A stretch of 64,000 nt of DNA, taken from NCBI GenBank assembly GCA_905178155.1, contig CAJINV010000002.1, forward strand, positions 3,114,515-3,178,514. The letters run 5' to 3'. The DNA is from Amoebophrya sp. A120. Lineage: Eukaryota > Protista > Dinoflagellata. The notes under the pieces were generated by a model. The model did not search any database. It was not told where the DNA came from and worked only from the letters and a program-made list of their open reading frames with translations. The position numbers were made by a program, and so were the translations under genes. Position 1 is the first letter of the stretch. Each line of letters opens with the position of its first letter. This document shows, piece by piece, positions 1 to 11,701 of the stretch.

Positions 1-30
1 GGGGAGGCGGGGGGGTTTTGCACTTTCATA
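1..30. mobile_element. Right end of a truncated introner-like element
   Basis: Ends ttttgcactttcata, the same terminus type as element 22747-22984 (ggcactttcata). Confidence 0.55.
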
Positions 31-804
31 GTGCTGCGCAGAGTACTACTACGAACTGGACACCACCAACCCTATCAAATGCAAAAATGTCTGGGTCTGG
101 AACATTCTAAACTTGTAATGCTGCCTGTCTCTGGATTCTAAAAAGATTTGTATTGCATGACCAGCAGAAGGACTCCAGTTTGTGCTACGCGGGGATGGCA
201 TTTCTCATGCGGTAGAGGCATCACAAAGTCCTCTACAAATCTGTGATGCTAGGGCATGCATCACAGACATCACGAATCATTCAAAATAAGCATGACAAAC
301 CTGGCAATCTTCCAGACCTAGACACTTTTGCAGTTGATAAACCCCAACAACGTGCAAATCATCAAGATCCCGGCCAAGGAATACGAGGCCCGAGGCACCA
401 CGCGGTCCCCGACCAGCCCGGGCGCCGGGACGCAATATCAAACAAAAAAAGTTCGTCACACTCACCCATGTTGCGCATTTTTGCAATAAGAAACTTTCTG
501 TCATGCGCAAAAATGCATCACAGCCAAACTGCAGAAGGGATGCCCCCAGTGTTTCTGCAATACAGGGGGCAGCTGTATTGCTAAAATTTGTAAAATGCAA
601 AGCCTGCAAATTAGTGACTCTGAGTCTGATTGTGGCAAACTTTGTTCTCGCCATACGCAAGCAGGGGCTTCTTCTAGTAGTCAACGACAACCGACATCGA
701 ATCGGCAACCGACGAATCCGCAGGTGGTCATGGGCGAACCAGTGCCGGTCGCGCAGCCGGGAGCTGGCTACGAGAGGGCCATGGCTGTGCAGCACTTTGT
801 ATAA
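31..804 (+). CDS. 3' part of an unknown protein (gene starts before the window); interrupted by introners 73-339 and 436-655
   Basis: Removing each element plus one TSD gives a continuous frame CAEYYYELDTTNPNNVQIIKIPAKEYEARGTT...AGTQAGASSSS...AVQHFV*, joining ORF 595..804. Confidence 0.7.
73..339. mobile_element. Introner family A (TIR tatNNNNtgcaaaaatgtctgggtctggaa)
   Basis: TIRs at both ends; TSD AACCC at 68-72 and 340-344. Confidence 0.93.
436..655. mobile_element. Introner with degenerate TIR
   Basis: TAT...ATA termini, TSD CGCAA (431-435, 656-660), residual IR aaagttcgtcaca/tgtggcaaacttt. Confidence 0.8.
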
Positions 805-2996
805 ATATTTTTTTTTTTGGCTGTCAATGCAAGTTTCAGTTTCTTACCCTCGATAGTTGTTCTTTCGTAGCTTGAAAACAAAAACTACATGCAACAGAAA
901 ATGCTATTTTCACGCGACACGTTGCAACACAGATATGACTCTTGAAGCAGAAAATCAGTTTGACAAACTTCTACCCGTAGTTCACCATCGATATATGCCA
1001 TTCATGCAACACAAGAAAAACAAACATCAAACAGGAACCCGCGCCCGTCAGCGGACGGTCAAAGAAGTCCAAGCGCCAGGTGCTATCGGAATAGAAAATG
1101 ATTGCTAGCACCAGAGTTGAGTACAACAGTTTAATTTCTTGTCATTTCAGAGCAGGCGAGGCTTGAAAAAATAAAGTGCCTCAAGCATAACTTTTTCGCA
1201 TGACAAATCAGTTCATGTCGTGCAACTGTGCCAGCAGGCATTTTTTGGCATGATACCCTGTTGACGACCAGGTGGAGATCATCGGGTGAAGAAAAGTTAT
1301 CGATGGGTGAAAGCGATTACTTTTCAAAGGGACAGTGGCATCAATGTAGCATGCCTAAATCTAGAAGTTTCGAACGAGAGTGTGTTTATTAGCATCACAG
1401 ATTTGCTCCTTGTTTTTACAGTTTACACATCACAGTATCACAGTTGCTTGTCAGAGTTTCACGCAGCAGAAAATTTCACAGTTTAGAAAACCTTTAATGC
1501 ACAATGAGAGAGAATCAGACGACGAGAATCTGAATTTTTAATATTCATTTTCGAGTGGGAACGAACCAAACGCGGTAGCAACCAGCAGACCAAGACCTTC
1601 TTTTGACTTTTACAGCAGGAATAGCATTTCAGAATCTTTTGACTAACCTAGTTTGAATTTAACAACGTAACTTGAATCAGATTTCCAACTTGTAACAATA
1701 AATTGCATCAGAATCAGTTTTTGTCGAGAACGTAACAGAACCCTTGTTGAAACTAGCTACAATTTAACTTTTATTTGATTTGAACAATTTTACGCATATT
1801 ACTGTTTACCTGTTTGAGCATCTTCAACTAACGTACCGGAATTACGATTTACAATGTAGCCTTGTTTGTTTTGATTTTCAGCTTCTAACAGCGTTTCTAT
1901 CTTTGTTTGACTTTTAGCAGATTTACGAATTTTTTTGTTGCACGATGAACAAAAGTGGCGGGCTTCTATCACACTGAAAAGCGCAACAAGACTCCAACAC
2001 TTACACTAACGCGCCTCACTGTACAATATAACGAGGAGGAAACACTCCCATTGGACTAGACGCACTGCTGCAGCTGCCGTTACATCGGACCAGAGAAGCG
2101 ATTCATCCCACCGGCGTGCTGTAGTCACCGAGGAGCATCAGCACCCTGTTACGTCGACACACCAGCATCAGCAGCAGGTATCTTATCCTTCCCTGTGCCA
2201 TTTCGAAGAAAGTGAAGAACGGTGAAACGAAAGCGAAAGTAGCGGAGGTAGTTCGTTAGCAATGTCTGTCTACTGGGTCGTCTCTGAAGGCGTCGCAGCA
2301 ACATCGAATGAATTTTAAATGTAATACGCGGCTTCTCTATCGCGGGGGAATATGACTTCTAAAAAATCACAAAAAAAAACGTGCGCAAGTAGAACTGCCG
2401 ACCTGCCAGCTAGGTGATATTGTTCCTACGATTTCGTTCTCGGGTGGCGTACGCTTTCTAGTGTGTTTCGTTCAAGATAAGCACTGCATTCGTCACGTGC
2501 ATTCGTCACGTAAGTGCTAGCTGTACTCTTGAGCAGGACTCATCCCGTGATTAAGCGTCTTGTTCGTAACTGATCGTAACGGCTCATGGCAACATCGTCC
2601 TAGTAGTGCCTAAAAATTGCCTCTAATTCCGTCCGCTCCGTTCTCAACGTCGTTCAAATGAACCCTGTCGTGTACTTTCGTTTGTTGAGGTCCAAAACTG
2701 CCTTCGTTAAACTTCATTTCGACCGCCGCTGGTCGTCTTTTAAGAACATGAACATCGTGCACTATGATATTATTTTCACATTCACCCACAGATTTCTTTA
2801 CAACAGGAATTGCTGGTATTTATTGTGAACACCTTATTGACTCTAAGTAGAACCACGTTCTGTTTTGGTTGTTTACGTTGCATCTTTGCATCCCCATGAT
2901 CCACAAGCCGGAAAGTCGCCCCTTGTGCTAGAAAGGGCGTAGAAAACTGAACTCCGACCACTACATCTTCGAGCAGAATAACTATCACACACCAAC

Positions 2997-5900
2997 ATGG
3001 TGCGTAAGTTTTACGTTTCGAAGAAGCAGCGGGAGCTGCAGGCTGCGACTAGGGCGGAGCAGGCGAAACAGCATATGGTGTTCTCAAACGTTACATTCTC
3101 AACTGTTACATGAATCTGTAATGCAAGAATGGCAAAAGCGAAAGGGTGAAGAGTGCAAAAATTGCATTACAAATCCCGCGCAGATAGATTCAGGTGCTGT
3201 TTAGCCCTTCGCAAATTTGTCATGCCAAGCAGCTTGATCTTGTGGATGATGATGGTAGTGTTGCATGACAAATTCATGTAACAGTTGAGAATGTAACGTT
3301 TGAGAACACCATACAGCACCAGGAGCAGTTGCAACGGGAAGTTGACTATGAATTGCAAAAATGTCTGGGTCTGGAAGGTTGAAACTTGTAATGCTAGCTC
3401 TGCATTCCCGGGAAATCTGTATTGCATATCAAACAAAAGTCGCAGCCTCTTTTGTCATGCAAAAACGCAGTTTGTCATGCGGAGTGCCTATGAGAAAGCG
3501 TTTTGGGAAGTTGTCATGCTGGGCTGCATTCGGAAGTGTTTTCATCATGGACATTTTAGCATCACAAGTTTCCAGACCCAGACATTTTTGCATTTGATAT
3601 TGACCTGCTCAACAGTCCCGACTGCCTCATCTTCCCCTCCTGGATCCGCGTTTCCTGCCTGCTCTACTCCGCATTTTTTGCCTTCTGCGCCGGGGCGTAC
3701 TTTGGAAGAATGCTCATGCTCGGCGCACACCATTTGGGTGGGGACCTCAGCGAAAAAGACGTCGACAAAGCCCTGGCTGCTCCTGATACAAGTAGTACAG
3801 GTGCAACTAGTAGCACTGGGGGTGATCATCATCAAGACACAAAGAGTGCCACTGGAGGCGCTGGAGCTGACGCTGCAGCTGCGGAGACCACTGCCGCGGC
3901 CAAAGCAGCAGCGAGAGACGACAAGAAGCAAACCGCCCCGGGCGCTGCAGATGTGGAGAACAAGGGTGGAGCTGACAAGAGTAGCACGGAAGGGGCCGCC
4001 CCCGCGCAGTCTTTCCTCGAATCTAATGAGCACAATGTCTACCCTGTAGTTTCCTACACCGCCACCACTTCGACCAGGTCCACCACGTATCTGCGCAAGA
4101 CGGGCGGTGCCTCTTCACCAGCTTTATCCGGTAGTTCTTACCGAACAGATGTAGTTCAGAGCCATTCCCTTGCGACGTCGAACAAGATGCAAAGTAGGAG
4201 AAGTTTCCTGCAGAAAAAGAACCGCAGTGATGATATTCAATCACAACTTCTACTTCATGATGATCATGCTGGCGGTGCTGGTCCGAGTACCCAACAAGGG
4301 CAGTTTCTCGATGTTCCTCACCGTGAGGACACACCCGAAGATCCTGGAACATCCATTTCATCTCATCTCCACACGACAACATCCAGAAGAACGTCTTTTC
4401 TCGGTAGCCAGAAAATCGTGAGGAGGGCGCGGCTGGCCGTGATGAAAACCGCTGAAAGGCAGGGCTTGCACGATAGAGGTAGAGCAGGAGATGACAAGCA
4501 GAAAAACCAAAACGAGGCGGAGAACAAGAAAGTCGCAACAGCAGATTCAAATCATGTTGAGAAAGATACAACAACATCGGGTGGAGCAGAGAAAGCAAAT
4601 GAAGAGGGACTGGTAGAGGAACCAGATGACTTTTTATCAAATGCAAACATCGGTCGATCTGGGAGGTCGGGATGAGGGCAGGCACTTGTCACGCATTTTT
4701 TGGATCAACACGCAGAAGATGCCTGCAAATATGCTGTACATTCATGTATCTTTTCGATCACCCGCTTGCGCTTCAGAAGACGCCCCTTGAAGATATTAGA
4801 TGCCTATGGTCGTCTCGCATGAGAGATTCGGTTCTCTTTTCATGTTTTTAGCGAGAAATGGACAAGAACTTTTGGTGCGTGACATGCAACAAATTTTTGT
4901 GTGGTTCGGGATGAAGAACATTTGCGTGACAACAAGCTTGAATTCTACCAGAAGACGACCCAGAAGATCTTCGATATCGATGTTTGCAATCGGCATAGCT
5001 TCTGATCGATGCCGATAAAGGCGAGGGATTTCTCGGCGCGGCCGATCCCGATGCGGACTTATGGATTGCAAATATGTCTGGGTCTGGAAACTTGTAATGC
5101 TAAAAGTGAATGGTAAACGCACCGTAATACGCAGATATGCATGACAAATTTTTTGGCTCCCGTGTCTTACGTATTCCGCATGACAAACTGCGTTTTTGCA
5201 TGACAGGTAAGAGGGCCTTTTCGTGCCTATGCAACACAGATTCTCGAATCATACCAGACAAGCATGACAAACTTGCATTCTTCCGGACCCAGACATTTTT
5301 ACATTTGATAGGACTCGAACATTTACCACGAAGCACCAACGGCCGAAGGCACCTCTTCCTACCACCGGTGTGTGCGCCAGGTGCTGTGGCTCCACCTGTA
5401 TCCTGTGCAAAAGTATCGTACTTGTATATATAATTGCAATCATGCGTTACAAATCTTTTTCTTAAGGTAAATCCGCATTACAAATTTCATTTCTCATGCT
5501 GAGGAAAATTGTAATGCATTTATGCAATCGCGATACTTTTGCAGTTCATAATCTGCGGGATGCCTGGGTCGCTGGAGCGCTCGGCTTCGTGGGATTCGCC
5601 TCCACGGTGCACCTCACGAAGGGCCGCCCAGCATTCGCGTTGTATGCTGTGTAAGAACTACGTCCCCACCCCATAGTCCTCAAGACGGGAAATCTGCAAC
5701 ACAAATCTCCAAGTTTTGGGATTTCTGCATGATAAGTTTCCATCTGCTGCAGTCTAGTGCTGGTTAGCAAGGAAAGCCGCAGGAGAAAGCCAGTTTCTCA
5801 TCCTATTTGCAGCATTACAAGTCGTGCCAAAACAGGATTGGAAATGCCTCTCATGGAGATGCGCATTGCAAATGTTTCTGTCATTGCGTATTAGCATGAC

Positions 5901-7554
5901 AACTCTGGCGGATGGGGACGTTTTTGCTGAGGATACGTTGTTATCAAATGTAAAAATGTCTGGGTCTGGAAGAATGCAACTTGTAATGCGTATTTCAGAA
6001 CACAGAAAAGTCTCTCATGTATACGTAGCAAAAGCTCCCACTTTTTGTCAGCAAAATAGGGGGCTTGTCATGCGGATTCGGCATTGCGGAAGGCTCTCGA
6101 AACCTGTGATGCTAGAGCTTCCATGCCAGACCTTCTGTGTCATACAAAAACAGCATGATTCTTCCAGACCCAGACATTTTTGCAATCCATAGTTGTGGGC
6201 CTTGTTCGTCTTCTTTCTCCTCGCGGCGGCGTATTTACTGAATGAAGCCGTATTCCCGGAATTCCACAAGCACTACATCCACTCCGCCGATTTCGCGCAC
6301 GGAGGCGATGACGGGTCCCTGCCCCCGGGGTACCTGTTACCGAGCCCGAAGTTGCAGTTCACGCTTGCGTGTGGCATCACGCTGCACATCTTGGTTATCC
6401 TGTGTAAAAACGTCCCCATCCCAGAGAAAAGAGGCGAATTCTGCAACACAGATCCAGAAGTTTTGGGAGTGACGCATGACAAGTTTTTCTCTCTACTGTA
6501 ATGCGGGTTAGCAAGGACAGCCGCATCACAAAGCCCCCCTGGTATCCTGTTTACAGCATCACAAATTGCATAGACACGATTGAAAATGCCTCTCATGGGG
6601 ATGCGCGTTACAAGTTTTTCTGTGATTGTAAATCTGCATGACAAAAATAACCCTGGGAGGGGAACGTTTTTACACAGGATATTGGTCCTCGTCGCATTCG
6701 GACTCTTCTACTACACGGATGAGTTCCTCTGGAAAGCGTCCACAGTCTACCCCCGGCACTGGCAAAACGAAGTAATGCCCGGCTCGGCTTCGCACGGCCT
6801 TTTCGCGACGAAGAAGGCAAAGAAAATGGCAATGCTGCAACCCAGCAGCGCGCTATCCGAAGACCTCCAAGAGGCAAAGGAACTGCACGCGGAGGAGAGG
6901 GAGCAGCAGCGGGGAAAGATTGCCACTTTCTTGCGAAGCATGAGCGCTTCCTTGTTCGGGCGTGGTGCTGGTGGGGGAAGACGGACGACGGAAAACATGA
7001 ATCAGTCGCGGCCGGTGGTGAAAAACGAAACTGTGGTCTTGGCCCCGGCTACGGGAATTTCGCTGTCAACGGGCGGGGGCTCGTCTTTGCAAGACGGAAC
7101 AGTTGAGGACTACACGGCGGCCACTGGAGAACATCAACCGCACTCCTCGGCCACTGACGACTACCTACCGATCAGCAAGAGCGGCATGGAGGGCCTGTTT
7201 GGGCCGGAAGGTGCTGACGCAAACGGTACTAAGGCGAAAAAGCTGCTCCAGGAAAAAAAACCGCAGCGCAGCAGCCGCGCCCAGTTGCTGATCCCTTCGG
7301 ATGCGTCTTCGTCGGTCGGAGCGGGCGGGGAGGAGTTTATTCCACCTGCGGTTCCTGAGCAACTTCTACCCGAGCAACTACCCGGTACTTCTAAAAATGA
7401 GCTGCCAGTTGTGAATGAGGAAGTGGACGCGGTGGAAGACCAGCAATACAACTACAAATTCGTCGACAACGTGGTCGAGCCCGTCGTGGTCGCTTCTCCT
7501 GCACCAAAAGATGTTGATGGCGTTGGTTCCATCATCCGGGCGAGCATGCAGTAG
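2997..7554 (+). CDS. Hypothetical multi-pass membrane protein with 8 introner-type introns
   Basis: ATG 2997 MVRKFYVSKKQRELQ. Removing elements 3074, 3347, 4635, 5060, 5399, 5643, 5942 and 6396 joins ORFs 3710..4675, 6193..6501 and 6580..7554 in one frame. Hydrophobic segments include CLLYSAFFAFCAGAYFG, ALWALFVFFLLAAAYLL and ILVLVAFGLFYY. The junction at 4635-5000 is not exactly resolved. Confidence 0.75.
3074..3313. mobile_element. Introner family D (single copy, 42-bp perfect TIR)
   Basis: tatggtgttctcaaacgttacattctcaactgttacatgaat and its exact reverse complement; TSD CAGCA. Confidence 0.92.
3347..3599. mobile_element. Introner family A
   Basis: Family A TIRs; TSD TTGAC. Confidence 0.93.
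4635..4997. mobile_element. Degenerate A-like introner
   Basis: tatcaaatgcaaacatcg ... cgatgtttgcaatcggcata; no clean TSD; coding resumes LIDADKGEGFLG. Confidence 0.6.
5060..5310. mobile_element. Introner family A
   Basis: TSD GGACT; near-identical to the reverse complement of 24380-24630. Confidence 0.93.
5399..5550. mobile_element. Introner family B (TIR tatNNNNtgcaaaagtatcgtactcgta)
   Basis: TIRs; TSD ACCTG/ATCTG (1 mismatch). Confidence 0.9.
5643..5935. mobile_element. Introner family C (TIR tatNNNNtgtaaaaacgtcccca)
   Basis: TIRs imperfect; TSD CGTTG. Confidence 0.88.
5942..6191. mobile_element. Introner family A
   Basis: TSD GTTGT, overlapping the TSD of the preceding element. Confidence 0.92.
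6396..6681. mobile_element. Introner family C
   Basis: tatcctgtgtaaaaacgt ... acgtttttacacaggata; TSD TTGGT. Confidence 0.92.
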
Positions 7555-8652
7555 CTGTTGACTCACGAAGTAAGTTTCTTTTTGACCTTCTGTGCATATT
7601 TTTTTTAAGCGGCTTTATTTTTCCTTCTCTTTACCAGCTCCACCAGGAGAGCCTGCCGGTGAGTGCATAATTGTTTCGACCTGAGTATCAACTGTGTATC
7701 CCGTGGTCCCCGTGAATCGATTTGTTCGATAAAGAATCTAGATTTTATTTGTACTACCCTTATTTTCACCTGAGCACAACGCGGCCACGTCTGCGATTTT
7801 TTTACAACCGAGAAGCGTCCCCCTGTGTTTTCAAAACTAGCATCCCCCTTTTTAGTTTTCGAAACTAGCTAAAATTTTTGTCAAGAGCGCTTGATTGTAC
7901 TTGTACTGCCAAGCCAAGCTTCTATGCGAGTGCGCCCTCGCTGATCATCAGTGTTGTAACGTAAAAATATTAACCCGTCGAAAGTACTGGCTCTACTCTG
8001 AGAATGCAAGAAACGACCAGCTCCCAACGTTGCAAAATTTTCCTTCGGCACGTCCACATGTTGCCGCAGCTAGATTAGAATTTGGCGTAAGTACGCATGT
8101 TCATCTATCTTAGTACACGGCCGCGTAAGTAAGCGTATGGAAGGCAATACTAGCGACAGGCATTCTACTTTTACTTTGCGATGACCGTAGAGGATGATCA
8201 CAGTAAAAAAAGGCGCTCCATTTTTTGATGCGCCAATATGATTCGGTGCTAGCACAGAAGGCAGATCGGTGCTAGCACAAGAAGTCGATAGTAGAAAGAT
8301 CTGAAAGGATCTTGGATCCACCTAGCAGTTCATCATGGATCTTGAAGGATAAGGATCCGTCCTCTCTATGAGTAGCATATTAATACCGTAGCTTTTGCTG
8401 CATGCCACTCGCACAGTAGAGCCATTTCATCGGTGTTTTTCTGCATCTTCTGGATAAAAATTTTACGCCTTATAAGTACTGAAAACACAAAATAATCAGG
8501 ACCTCATTAACCCTCTCACTCTCTATTGCACCTTTGACAAGAACACAAGTACGCGCCCCCCCAGAAGAATTTCCCCTGCGCGCGACACTTTTAGTGAGCT
8601 AACATCGTCCCTAGTAGCATTCTTTCCAACCAGATGAAAAATCCAACTTGAT

Positions 8653-10803
8653 ATGGGCAACGGACGCAGTGCGTGTACGGGTGACCAAGTAGACCACAGT
8701 ACTACTTCTACAGCGAACGCATCTGAAACAAGGGGCTACAGGTCCTCCGCATCACAGTTGTTCAACAACTTCCAAAGCTTGTTTGACGCAGCACCAGTAC
8801 AGGCGACAGGACCTCCGAGCCCCGACGCCCCCGTCGAGGACATGTTGGACGAGAAAACCGGCGTTCGCATACGGCGAATCGCGGCCCGGAACGGCGGGCC
8901 GGTGGCTGCGACTGGCAGGCAGGATGCGAATTATGGTGATGCCGAAGTAGTAGCTCCAGGAAGTAGTGCAAGCACGGCTCCTTTCTCAATCAAAACCCCG
9001 GTTCTCGACCAGAAAAAGCAGAACGCGGAGAAGAACAGCAAGAAAAGGAAGCCTTCGCCAAGTACTAGAGACAATGAGGACAATGCCAATTCTGCCACGA
9101 CCGGCGATAAAAATGGAGATGAAATATCAAGTGGTAAAGCAGCGAAGAAACAGAAAGGGAAACAAGAGGCTGGTCCTAGTGCCGCTAGCACAGCGGCAAC
9201 GTCTTCAAACAACTCCTCTGACCAAGACGTTCGGTTTGACCGGGTGATTTTCCTGGGTACGAGTTCCGCTATCCCGGTCCCGGGGAAAAGGAATATGTCC
9301 TCCATGCTGATCACCACCAACACGGGCTCTTCGATGATGGTCGACTGCGGCGAAGGGACGCAACACCAACTAAAGGTCTGCTCCCGGGCGAAGGCGAGCT
9401 CTCTCGACATGATCTGCATCACACATTTACATGGGGACCACTGCTACGGGTTGTTCGGGCTGTTGTTAACGTGTGGGACAGACATGAGGGTAAATCCGCT
9501 GCTAATCGTCGGGCCGGAAGGGGTATAGAGTGGTTTTGACTTCGCTGTTTTATTTTATTTCTCAGCACGGCAGGTAATTCCTCAGCACGGCTGGTTGTGG
9601 TTCAACTTCAATTGCTTCGCTCTCCATCATCTCGTGCGCGCCCTCGGAAGACATGTGTATAAAGTTGTCATACGAGAAGACCATTGTCCCAATCATGGAA
9701 AACGAAATCGCAAAAGGCAATCAATAAAAAAACAGATCCACGACCTGGTGATGAGCGTGTTCAAACACTCCGGCGGCTGGGCGGGTTACTACGACATTCT
9801 CTTCATTGAAATTCCGAACGAGAAGCACAAATTGAAAGAAGACGTGGACTTATCGAAAATGATAGCTACCAGCTCCAACAACTCCATTAAAACCCGGTTA
9901 ACCGCCGTCCCGCTGGTTCACGGCATGACGTGCTGGGGGTACTGTTTCCAAGAGCCCGACCGACCGGGGAAACTGGATATCAACAAGGCGAAGCAGTTAG
10001 GCGTTCCCGTCGGACCGTTGCTAGGGAAATTGAAGAAGGGGGAGGATGTGACTTTCATCCCAAAAGCAGACAAGAAACACCCGGACAGCACTACTTCCGA
10101 ACATCAAATGATAACCGTCAAGGCTTCTGACTGTGTTTCGGAAACCATCCCCGGCCGGAAGGTTTGCATCCTTCAAGACAGCTCCGATAGCAGTTACGCG
10201 GTCGCGAATGGGAGTTTGAAAAACGCAGATTTGTTTATCCACGAAGCGACTTTGGAAGAGGCGATGCGAGAAGAATGTATCGAGAAAGGACATTCTACGC
10301 CGAAAATGGCCGCGGAGTGGGCAAATGATTGCAGCGCGAAAAAATTGGTGTTGACGCATTTCTCCGCCAGGTACAATGAAAGCACCAGTGCGATGTTAGG
10401 GAGGACGAGACTCGGGAGGATATTAAACGTTGATAATATCTCACCAGCGACAATACCAGGAGGTCATGGAGAACTACAAACAGACGCGCTTTGCTGCAGC
10501 ACAGAATCGTCACCCACGACGGATGCACAAGATGTTGATCAAGATTCTTGCATCGTGATCGACCCGGCGGACCAAATATTGGCGGCCGAGGCGCGGGAGG
10601 TGTTTGAAGGTGAGGAAGTGATCGCGGCGAAGGATTTTCTGATGCTGGATGGGCAGAACGGGTTTAAGGCTTGCCAGGAATTGATGGTAAAACGAATGCC
10701 GTGGGGGAGACCGGTAGTTGACGAGGAAAATGTTGTCAACCTCAACAGCGCTGCGGCAAATAAACCTAAAAATGCAGGGGCTGATACCGCGAAAAGAAAA
10801 TGA
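8653..10803 (+). CDS. rnz: Ribonuclease Z (tRNase Z short form, ELAC1/Rnz-like) with N-terminal extension; GT-AG intron 9523-9735
   Basis: FLGTSSAIP, DCGEGTQ, ITHLHGDH (HxHxDH), GP-type exosite GVPVGPLLGKLKKG, HEAT, GHST and LTHFSARY motifs; the intron joins GPEG to IHDLV in frame. Confidence 0.92.
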
Positions 10804-11701
10804 AACTCAACAAATATATACTCGCTCGTAATAGCCGGCTCTCTGAACAACGGATCAAACGACGCTTGTTGGCACGTCGCGATGAAGCAGCGTGCTCATA
10901 ATTTCGTCACTTCACAATATAGCTTCCCTCCTTGCTGATTCATCGCAAGAAGTAAGGAAGGCGTGGTGCTTGTTTCGCGCCGTTCAGTACATAGAAGTGT
11001 TCCTCCAGCAGGCCGGGAATCGCTTTACGAAAGGATACAGATTTGTTGTAAAACTCATCTTCACTGATCTTCAATACTTCGTTGATCTCTATCATCAAAG
11101 CCAAACCGCTTCAAGTATAGCTGCTCCGAAGATCTCCTTGAATAGCACATGTGAGAAGCTCCACGTAATTGTAAAGGTAGGAGAATCTGCATCAATAGTA
11201 GGTCGCATTAGTTCTTCATCCGCGGGGGCAGATGAGGTCATCAAGAAATACCGACAATGTTAGCTCCATCTTGACGCTTAAGTTTGATGTTCGTAAATTC
11301 ACAAAAATGAAAATACTAGAGCTGCAAATTTGCCAAAGGTCTTACTCAACATCCACTGCAAATTCAAAGTACTAAAATGGATATGGATTTCTAGAGAACT
11401 TCTTCTGCGATAACACATACTAGAGCACATGCTGTAACACATACACAGGCACTGATACTGATAGAGGACTCATCTAGTAGCTAGCTTATTGTAGTGGTGT
11501 AGCTGCTAAGAAAGTGTCGTAGTTCTCTTCGTGTTGGGTGTTACTAGTACTAAAACGCTCACGCCTCTAGTTGAGCCGCTACTACCAACCAGTAGTTCCT
11601 GTGGAAAGAACGAGGACGCGGGACGCCAAAAGCTAGTGAGCTCCGAGGACGTCGAAAAGCGGAGCAGCTGCGATCATCCTTGGAGGATCCACTCCAAAAA
11701 G

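Noticed and set aside
2485-2511. 13-bp tandem duplication gcattcgtcacgt, and similar small duplications near 8245, 9560 and 40460
   Set aside because: Isolated slippage-type repeats with no further structure.
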